32,000 nt of DNA, taken from the NCBI RefSeq assembly GCF_000237865.1, contig NC_017459.1, positions 540,001 through 572,000 of the forward strand, written 5' to 3'. Shown in pieces: positions 17,826 to 24,969 of the stretch; position 1 is the first letter of the stretch; every line of letters begins with the position of its first letter. A model generated the notes under the pieces. It ran no database searches, was not told where the DNA came from, and saw only the letters and a program-made list of their open reading frames with translations. A program made the translations under genes and the position numbers. The stretch is from Haloquadratum walsbyi C23 (lineage in GTDB: Archaea > Halobacteriota > Halobacteria > Halobacteriales > Haloferacaceae).

Positions 17826-18340
17826 GACGAACGTTCAGGCTCTGGACCGATATCTGCTTCAGGATCTGATTCAACACTTGATTCGGATTCTGCCGGTGAA
17901 TCAACACTACGTGATTCTTCAGTACTGATTGCTGTGCACTGACCTTGTCCAGTCGCAACGATATTGATAGCTGTGCGCTGAGCCTCACTCACCTGATTCT
18001 TTGCGGCGGTCGGTGAGAGCCACGTCGCATCGGTGTGTTCATGACTCAACTGCACTTCCTTGGAATTGACAGTACAATCATAATATACAGCAAACCGACC
18101 ACAATCGTCGTCATTCCGCCATGCAACGGCATGGACGGGTTGTCCGATTGTCGCATCAAGTCCGGTCTCTTCGGTAATCTCACGATGTACTCCATCGACG
18201 GCGTCCTCATGTCTCCCCAACCGTCCACCTGGCAGTTCCCATTCACCATCGCTAGAACGAGCCATAATGAGCACTTCCTTATCAGGGGCAACAATCACTC
18301 CTCGAAGGCTAACCGTCGCTTCCAAATGATCTTCAGTCAT
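17822..18340 (-). CDS. Nudix hydrolase
   Basis: 172 aa with a perfect Nudix box, 'GRLGRHEDAVDGVHREITEETGL' (G-x5-E-x7-REUxEExGU), at about 18158-18226. Its stop overlaps the mutL start (ATGA at 17822-17825). Confidence 0.9.
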   Translation of the reverse strand: MTEDHLEATVSLRGVIVAPDKEVLIMARSSDGEWELPGGRLGRHEDAVDGVHREITEETGLDATIGQPVHAVAWRNDDDCGRFAVYYDCTVNSKEVQLSHEHTDATWLSPTAAKNQVSEAQRTAINIVATGQGQCTAISTEESRSVDSPAESESSVESDPEADIGPEPERSS

Positions 18341-18757
18341 ATATTCCCATTATTACTATCATATTTGATATTCTACTCCGATTAGAAACTCCAGGGATAC
18401 CGCCTCTCTACGCGAGTCACCGTGGTTGTCAGAATCTTCCGCAAAATTTGCGTTCTGATTGATTTACACTGGGTCTGTTCAGTGATATATGTATATCTCT
18501 CGGTATTTACAACCGCTTTTGCTCCTGAATTTACGCAAGATATTACATTCAATTGCATGGTCTATTACAAGGAGAGATACAAATCCATCAGATACAATAG
18601 TTCAAGTTTTGATATGCTTAATTATTATTGGTTTAGACGATTAGTTGACACGTCCTCTTGACTACTCTCAACATCGTTACATACCTTCCGCAGTTAGTTA
18701 TGTGTCGCTTCTGATTGCATCTATTTCAGCGAAGAAGCACGAATCACCAGGTATAAT

Positions 18758-19642
18758 TCACATCGTCAATACTTCAGTGTCAGGCGTTGCCCGGATGACA
18801 AACACATCAGCTTCAGTCGCTAGTGATGGGATATACACATTTGTATCGAGATCCTTCCGCCCTTCAGGAACAAGATTTCCAACCGGTAAGTACGCAGTCT
18901 TCACTGGTACATCATCAGTATTTTTAAACTGGACAGCCACTTCAGCTTTTGCCCCCTCTCCTTGATTATGGACAGTTGCTCTAATACGCGCTTTTTCAGC
19001 TTGGAGTGCCTCAACTGATTTTTGATTGCCGTCTTGATAGAACGCGTATTCGCTGACAACAATGTTGTCGACTGGATCGGATTTAATATATCTAAATAGC
19101 CGATCGCCCATGTCCTCGACGAGTTCTTCCATCTCGCTATCATCAACAATTGTCTGCACCGGATTCAGTGCTGCTCGGAGACTCCCCGCAGTAACCTTTC
19201 GATTACTCGTTGACTTCTTTAATTGCTCATATTCGGTAAGGAATGAATTCATTTGCGAGGGCAGTTCGCCATCAAAGTACTCCTGCAATGTTTTTATTTC
19301 ACTATCAAAATTGATCTGTTTCGGCAAGGGCTTATTCGGCTTTCGCGAAACGCTGTCTGGAACTCCACTTGCTGTCTGCTCTTCTTCTGATTCCACGAGA
19401 ATACTAGCTCGTGATCCGAAGTAACCGAGAAGGTCTAATACCATTCCTAACATCAAAGTAATGATGGTGACAGTGACAACGGCTGCTGCGAAGAACCGAC
19501 CGATTGTTCCAGGAAATGCGAAGATAAAAATCGCAATAAAGAGGACGGTAACGCCACCAACAGTCAAAAGAAAGGCTGCAAAGTTAGGTCCGGCACCTTC
19601 GTCCATAAGTTGCTGTGCTGGCCCTTGCTGCTCGCTACTCAT
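18758..19642 (-). CDS. Two-TM membrane protein with a soluble C-terminal helical plus beta-sandwich-like region; function unknown
   Basis: The track ORF runs to 19714, but the ATG at 19642 (MSSEQQG...) overlaps the stop of the upstream 91-aa ORF as ATGA, so I take 19642 as the start (294 aa). The TM helices are 'FAAFLLTVGGVTVLFIAIFIFAF' and 'FFAAAVVTVTIITLMLGMVLDLL'. The C-terminal 'RIRATVHNQGEGAKAEVAVQFKN...' looks CARDB/Ig-like. Confidence 0.7.
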   Translation of the reverse strand: MSSEQQGPAQQLMDEGAGPNFAAFLLTVGGVTVLFIAIFIFAFPGTIGRFFAAAVVTVTIITLMLGMVLDLLGYFGSRASILVESEEEQTASGVPDSVSRKPNKPLPKQINFDSEIKTLQEYFDGELPSQMNSFLTEYEQLKKSTSNRKVTAGSLRAALNPVQTIVDDSEMEELVEDMGDRLFRYIKSDPVDNIVVSEYAFYQDGNQKSVEALQAEKARIRATVHNQGEGAKAEVAVQFKNTDDVPVKTAYLPVGNLVPEGRKDLDTNVYIPSLATEADVFVIRATPDTEVLTM

Positions 19643-19914
19643 GCGTTTGAACCTGCTCCCTGTCGGAGTGTTTGTGTTGCAGTATATGTCATTGTCAACA
19701 GATGCGAAAGCCACAGTCCAACTGTGACGCCAAATAGAGTTCCAGCGCCCATGATTCGGAGCTCCATTCCAAGTGGCGCAAATGAGACCGCAGCTGTCAG
19801 TGTTCCAAAAACGACCATCAGTCCATATTGTATCTTCGTTAGCGGGTCGATATTCGTAAACATCGATTTCATATGTGTCTGAGAAGTACGCCGACCACTT
19901 ATACTATCGGTCAT
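19639..19914 (-). CDS. Small two-TM membrane protein, function unknown
   Basis: 91 aa with hydrophobic helices 'IQYGLMVVFGTLTAAVSFAPLGM' and 'IMGAGTLFGVTVGLWLSHLL'. It is translationally coupled to the downstream gene and divergent from the 19995 operon. Confidence 0.6.
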   Translation of the reverse strand: MTDSISGRRTSQTHMKSMFTNIDPLTKIQYGLMVVFGTLTAAVSFAPLGMELRIMGAGTLFGVTVGLWLSHLLTMTYTATQTLRQGAGSNA

Positions 19915-19994
19915 TAACTGGAGACAACCGAAATTTATAGAAGATTAGTGTATTCTAGGACAACATTTAGTAATGCGGACAATAAGACATCTAT
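19915..19994. promoter_or_regulatory. 80-nt divergent promoter region with back-to-back TATA-like boxes
   Basis: 'aaatttatag' (19931-19940) reads 'ctataaattt' on the minus strand and lies about 20-27 nt from the minus start at 19914. 'tttagtaa' (19966-19973) lies about 22-29 nt upstream of the plus ATG at 19995. Both genes therefore look leaderless. Confidence 0.4.
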
Positions 19995-21101
19995 ATGATT
20001 CGTCCCGTTGATGCAGAGACAATACAGGATATTTGCCGGGACGTAGCCTTGGATAACTACGGCTTCCTGTATGTTAATGATCATAAAGAGTATATCCAAA
20101 CGGAGTATGAAAGTGCCGAGACGGGTCTGAGAACCGCAGGTACCGTGTCATTATCCGATATTAAACAGACGTTACAAGACGATACTGGCAGAAATGGATT
20201 TGAACGTCGACGAAATGGTGTGTATTATTTTAACTCGTTCAATTCACGCGAAGGTTATCGGGTGAGTGATGAATTGAAGAGTATTTTTACATACGATTTT
20301 GTCGTGAATAAACAAACAATCGAATCACGATTTGATATCGCCCCTGCTGATGTTGACTTTTTTGCATCTGAACTTGCGAATGAGGATTATATCCGGCGGA
20401 TTGCTGCCGGTGAGCGTGCTTATTATGTCAGCGGTCCCCGATTGAAAGATGAAACCTCAGGCGATGCGAGTGTTGACTCACGTCTAAATGAAGAAGCAGA
20501 ACATGGCACGATATCTCACACGGACTTAGAACGAGTTATTGACGTTGCTGCGACGAGCGATGTCATTCGATTTTTTGAGAAGAATGACTTCATTGCCGAT
20601 ATTGATGATGAATATGTTGTCAAAAGTGCACTCGACGATTATGCTGCTCATCTTGCAAATGCAGTCAGTGAAGATTCGATTGAAGAATTCGGCGATATTG
20701 GGATTCTTCCACTTTCTGAATTCCAACAAGTAATTGAGAATGAGATCAATGACCGCTTTGATGTTCTCAAACATCTTTCACATGGTGATACATCCGAACT
20801 GCTTGAATTAGTTCGTGAACACATAGCAGCGAATAATGGACTTACTGTTGATAGAAAATTAGCAATCGATTCTGAACAGTTCGAAATTTATGTAACTCGC
20901 CGGGCGACGCAGATACGCGATGATATTGAGAGTGAACAACAACCACCGAGTCCAAGTGCGTATCGTGACCATGGGTATCCACAGATTGAATCGATTGAAG
21001 TAACAGATTCACAGCCAGTCAATCAGCATCTACGTGAGCATATCAAGGAGAAATTTGATACACTGGTCAATGAGCGGTTCTCCGTTGAGAGTGACGTATA
21101 A
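19995..21101 (+). CDS. Acidic hypothetical protein with repeated winged-helix-like modules
   Basis: 368 aa with no TM or signal. At least three segments follow a helix-helix-wing pattern, for example 'ADVDFFASELANEDYIRRIAAGERAYYVSGP' and 'HTDLERVIDVAATSDVIRFFEKNDFIADIDDEYVV'. The fold assignment is an inference only. Confidence 0.7.
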   Translation: MIRPVDAETIQDICRDVALDNYGFLYVNDHKEYIQTEYESAETGLRTAGTVSLSDIKQTLQDDTGRNGFERRRNGVYYFNSFNSREGYRVSDELKSIFTYDFVVNKQTIESRFDIAPADVDFFASELANEDYIRRIAAGERAYYVSGPRLKDETSGDASVDSRLNEEAEHGTISHTDLERVIDVAATSDVIRFFEKNDFIADIDDEYVVKSALDDYAAHLANAVSEDSIEEFGDIGILPLSEFQQVIENEINDRFDVLKHLSHGDTSELLELVREHIAANNGLTVDRKLAIDSEQFEIYVTRRATQIRDDIESEQQPPSPSAYRDHGYPQIESIEVTDSQPVNQHLREHIKEKFDTLVNERFSVESDV

Positions 21102-21208
21102 GCATGGACTAATATGAAACTGTACCTCAATATATCACATAACAGATCTATTATCCCGAGTAGCTATATCAGATAAACCCACGTGGTCAAATTAACCAAT
21201 TTAACATC

Positions 21209-22273
21209 ATGCCACAAACATACAGCGACTTTACCATTACAGAACAGGGCGGCCATCAATACATCATTGCACAACCGAAGGCAGAACATCAAGAACCAGT
21301 CCGGTTTTCTGGCGAACTTAAAGAGACAGATGATATTGATGCGACATTTCGAGATGTAATTAAAAGCCTTATTCAACAAGACCTTTCTGAAGCTTTGAAT
21401 CTTGAGTCTGGTTCCGGCGGATCAATTGGTCGAGATGACGTTGTTGAAACGCTGATCAATGCAGATTCTCCAGTTCCAATTAATTCTGAGCAACAAGCGG
21501 AGGCGATTGTTGATTACTTTCTCACAAATGGGGTGCTTCAAGAAGCCGACAGTGGTTCAGAAGTAGTTGTCCTTTCAGATCCGGAGTCACTAGCGGAGAT
21601 TGCGACCGAGAGTGGCGATAATGACGATACAGCGATGTTGCTTAATTGGATGTCCGCTATCGAAGGATGTACCACAAAAATTCAAGAGACAAACGACACG
21701 ATTGAAGAAGTTGAGGCTGAGCTCCGCGAACAAATGGGTAATGTAGATGTCTCTGGGAAACTTCGCGAGTATCAGCAAAATCAAAAGGAGGTCGCACAGC
21801 GACTCATGAATGTCACGAACGGCGGTGAACTCAATCGCTCAGATCTAAGTGCTGATGAACAAGCAGAATATGATCGACTTGAACACCGAATGTTCCATCT
21901 TGAGTCGATGATTGATGCAGTTGGTGCTGGTGGAGATCTTGATCAAGAAATCCAAGAGATGACAAATAAACTCTCAATGCATATGAGCAATCTCTCTGAT
22001 ACGCAAGATGCACTTGAGGTGCAACTTACGCGTCTTGAGCGGGTTTATCGCGTCAATGATGAAATAAACTACGAGCAGGCAAAGAAAATGGCTGAAAAAC
22101 TCTCAAGTGTTGCATCGGCGGTTGCTGGTGTTTCGGACGCCGATACACTCGCAGAAGAAACAGATACAATCGGTCGCGCCTCCGCAATTCTTGAGCAAAC
22201 TGGGTCAACTGAAGAGATGGCACAGACAGCAAGCACCGATACTGGGACGACCAGTTACGAACAAGGGAATTAA
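21209..22273 (+). CDS. Acidic coiled-coil hypothetical protein
   Basis: 354 aa. The N-terminal ~130 aa looks globular. The rest is long heptad-like helical sequence ('IEEVEAELREQMG', 'DALEVQLTRLERVYRVNDEINYEQAKKMAEKL'). There is no TM or signal. Confidence 0.7.
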   Translation: MPQTYSDFTITEQGGHQYIIAQPKAEHQEPVRFSGELKETDDIDATFRDVIKSLIQQDLSEALNLESGSGGSIGRDDVVETLINADSPVPINSEQQAEAIVDYFLTNGVLQEADSGSEVVVLSDPESLAEIATESGDNDDTAMLLNWMSAIEGCTTKIQETNDTIEEVEAELREQMGNVDVSGKLREYQQNQKEVAQRLMNVTNGGELNRSDLSADEQAEYDRLEHRMFHLESMIDAVGAGGDLDQEIQEMTNKLSMHMSNLSDTQDALEVQLTRLERVYRVNDEINYEQAKKMAEKLSSVASAVAGVSDADTLAEETDTIGRASAILEQTGSTEEMAQTASTDTGTTSYEQGN

Positions 22274-22282
22274 TCCCAGGTA

Positions 22283-23248
22283 ATGTACGCTCAGTCGCTT
22301 CTCGGCAGTGTACGACGACTTACGCTCCGCAGTAAGTACCTGCTCAATCAGCGACAGCTAAACGCGGATTCTCTTATCGCAACTGGACGTCAGTTTCTCA
22401 CAACACTTAGTACAGTTGATGCACTTATTGTCGAGGCGACTCCACTCCCAGTGCTCGTTCCGGGAGATGATTACACCACGCTGTCTCGCAGTGACAGCGT
22501 CACCCTCGAAGTGAATGTATCTGACTACACAAAATCGAACAAAGATACCTCAGACATGACCGACGACACCGAAAGTAGAAAATATAACAAAACTAATGTC
22601 GATCTTGATAAAATAACTCAGGAAATCCTTTCTGGCGAGCAACAGAATATGATGGATTCAAATCATATTAGTGACATCAACACGATCGTTTCATCTTATG
22701 ATAACTCCGATGAGCGTAATAATGATAGCGGTGATGATACCACTGCGTCTGCTCATTCTGGAGTATCAACAGCACCGTCCAAACGCGATGAGGGATTGAT
22801 TGCTACTCTTGCTGCTCACCTCTCGATGAACGGATCCCTTCGGATTAAAGCACTGAATGAAAGTATAAAGCAGCGCGCGCGTCGGTCGCGTCGTGTTCAT
22901 ACCTCACCGATGAACTCACAGTTTCGGATTCCACTCACCGACGATGGTCCAGGTGCGCACAACTGGCGACCCGTCATTCGAACCCTTATTGATCGATTTG
23001 ACACACTTGTTCCACTGTGTGAACAGATTATCAGCCGACTCTATGATGTTTCACCAGAATCGGTTGCTACTCAATTATGGAGAAGTGCCGTTGATACGCT
23101 TTCCGAGATGCGAACTGTCCTGAAAATACACCTTGCCAAACAGGAGCGACTCCGACGATTGTATGATCGCCCATCACGGCAACCGGCTGAGTTTGCCGTG
23201 CAGACAGTTAATCAACTCACAGGAATCGACGTGAGGACCGACCAATGA
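22283..23248 (+). CDS. Hypothetical protein (helical ends, disordered acidic/Asn-rich middle), translationally coupled to the AAA+ ATPase
   Basis: 321 aa. It starts 9 nt after the previous stop, and its own stop overlaps the ATPase start (ATGA at 23245-23248). The helical termini are richer in Arg/Lys than those of its neighbours. Confidence 0.7.
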   Translation: MYAQSLLGSVRRLTLRSKYLLNQRQLNADSLIATGRQFLTTLSTVDALIVEATPLPVLVPGDDYTTLSRSDSVTLEVNVSDYTKSNKDTSDMTDDTESRKYNKTNVDLDKITQEILSGEQQNMMDSNHISDINTIVSSYDNSDERNNDSGDDTTASAHSGVSTAPSKRDEGLIATLAAHLSMNGSLRIKALNESIKQRARRSRRVHTSPMNSQFRIPLTDDGPGAHNWRPVIRTLIDRFDTLVPLCEQIISRLYDVSPESVATQLWRSAVDTLSEMRTVLKIHLAKQERLRRLYDRPSRQPAEFAVQTVNQLTGIDVRTDQ

Positions 23249-24963
23249 GTAGTACACTCAATCTTGACCCATTGACAAAGACTGATCGACCGACCTCACA
23301 TATCACCGTTCAAAAGCGTAAAATTGGACCGACAGATCTGATTGCAGTTGAACACGGCACGACAAAAGCATATTTTCGCGTTGACCGAAAGCAGGAGGTA
23401 ATGAGTAATGACCTTCGAAATGCAGTATACCTACATGAAAATGCTGCCTCAGTGTTTGGTGGTATTGACCATAGCCTCCCATTCCGGATCCATACCGATG
23501 TTCGAACCAGTGAGGTACCGACATGCGATGAAGCGGTGATTGCTAATGATAATGTTAACGCTGATAAATTATCCACGCACCTTGCTTCTGAGCGATTTCT
23601 CCTTCATCATGGTATTGAGGAAGTGACTAGGCTTGATGGACATCTCGTCTCTTTTGATATCGTTGAGACAACTCCGCAGGGCTATCCAACAGTCATGATA
23701 ACGGATGAAACAGACATCGAGGTTATTGATGAAAGTGAGGCCGCAGCACGAAAATCACAGGCAGGTGATGCAAGAAATAGCCCCGGAGGGGCAACTCCTC
23801 CCACTCCCGGTAATAATCCTCCTCCTTCGAGAGCGTCTGATGCGGGCGAGATGGACGTTGATATTGATATTTCCCCTGAAAAACCAACGGTTAGCTTCGA
23901 AGAGGATGTTGCCGGTCTTACTGAGATTAAACAGACAGCCCGAATGCTCCTTGCGTTGTTCGATCCAGAAACACGAGAGAGCGTCATCACACGTTATGGC
24001 GAGAACTTCGGCGCTCGGGGGGGGCAGTTACTTCTCTATGGTCCCCCCGGGTGTGGAAAAACGCTTGTTTCGGAGGCTATTGCGTATGAAGCAGCGAATA
24101 ATACCAATATTGAGTCTGAATACGGTGAAGTGCAGTTTCTTCCTGTCAAAGGTGGTGACATTCTCTCGCGGTACCCTGGTGAGGCAGAACGCCGAGTTGA
24201 GGCAGTCTTTGAAGAGGCACATCGTGCTGCACAAAATGGGTTTGCTGTCCTATTTTTTGATGAAGTTGAAACGCTTGTAGCCGACCGAAGTGATGATAAC
24301 TTACAACGGCATGAGCGTTCGCTCACAAATGCGTTTCTCCAAGAGATGGGCACAGACAAGATTGAAGATAATCTATTAGTTATTGGTGCAACAAATATGC
24401 CATTTAGCATCGATCCCGCTGCGGCACGCCGCTTCCCACTTCAGCAATTTATTCCACAACCCGGTCCAGAAGTGATGGGTGAAGTATGGGAAGCAGAACT
24501 GTCTGACCTGCAAGCAGCAAACGATGCTATCGAACTTGATTATAATCGTCTTGGTGAGGCATCCGTTGGATACACACCGGCTGAGATTGCCGACCGTGTT
24601 CTTGGAACCGATCTCCAGCGTCAATTGATTAAGAGTGTTGTTGATGATAACACAGATGCGATTATCCCAGATACGGAATACTTTCTTGACCGCCTTCGTG
24701 AACATCGTCCAAAGACGATTCGTCAGTTTGTCACGAGTGTTCGGAATGAGGCTGATGCACTTGAGGGCTATCCTGAGATGCGAGATTATGTCGCTGATCA
24801 AGCTGACCGACTTGGTCTTTCGATGCAACATGGTAGCACCTCTGGAATGAGCGATGCGGCTTCTGACCCCACCGCACTGTTTGAAGAGTTGGTCGCTGCA
24901 GACGAACAATTAGCCGGAGATGCTGACGATGGCTCCGAGTCTCAATCTGATAGGGAAAAATAA
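23245..24963 (+). CDS. AAA+ ATPase with one AAA module and a Cdc48-type N-domain (CDC48 subfamily-like)
   Basis: 572 aa. Walker A is 'GPPGCGKT' (24040-24063) and Walker B is 'VLFFDEVE' (24247-24270). The pore-loop region is 'LSRYPGEAE'. The SRH is 'GATNMPFSIDPAAARRF'. The N-domain segment 'LVSFDIVETTPQGYPTVMITDETDIEVIDE' parallels p97/VAT '[10 protein letters not shown]...'. Confidence 0.95.
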   Translation: MSSTLNLDPLTKTDRPTSHITVQKRKIGPTDLIAVEHGTTKAYFRVDRKQEVMSNDLRNAVYLHENAASVFGGIDHSLPFRIHTDVRTSEVPTCDEAVIANDNVNADKLSTHLASERFLLHHGIEEVTRLDGHLVSFDIVETTPQGYPTVMITDETDIEVIDESEAAARKSQAGDARNSPGGATPPTPGNNPPPSRASDAGEMDVDIDISPEKPTVSFEEDVAGLTEIKQTARMLLALFDPETRESVITRYGENFGARGGQLLLYGPPGCGKTLVSEAIAYEAANNTNIESEYGEVQFLPVKGGDILSRYPGEAERRVEAVFEEAHRAAQNGFAVLFFDEVETLVADRSDDNLQRHERSLTNAFLQEMGTDKIEDNLLVIGATNMPFSIDPAAARRFPLQQFIPQPGPEVMGEVWEAELSDLQAANDAIELDYNRLGEASVGYTPAEIADRVLGTDLQRQLIKSVVDDNTDAIIPDTEYFLDRLREHRPKTIRQFVTSVRNEADALEGYPEMRDYVADQADRLGLSMQHGSTSGMSDAASDPTALFEELVAADEQLAGDADDGSESQSDREK

Positions 24964-24969
24964 TCACAT

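Noticed and set aside
18422-18965. ORFs 18422-18661 (79 aa) and 18645-18965 (106 aa) in and next to the 417-nt spacer downstream of the membrane-protein gene.
   Set aside because: They are Cys/Tyr/Phe/Arg-rich with non-acidic composition. The second is antisense to the 294-aa gene's 3' end. I treat the spacer as non-coding.
23303-24909. Alternative-frame and antisense ORFs inside the AAA+ gene (for example 23705-24280 on plus, 191 aa, and 24376-24909 on minus, 177 aa).
   Set aside because: They are basic, Arg/Leu/Ser/Cys-rich translations. The annotated frame carries Walker A, Walker B and SRH motifs, so these are shadow ORFs.
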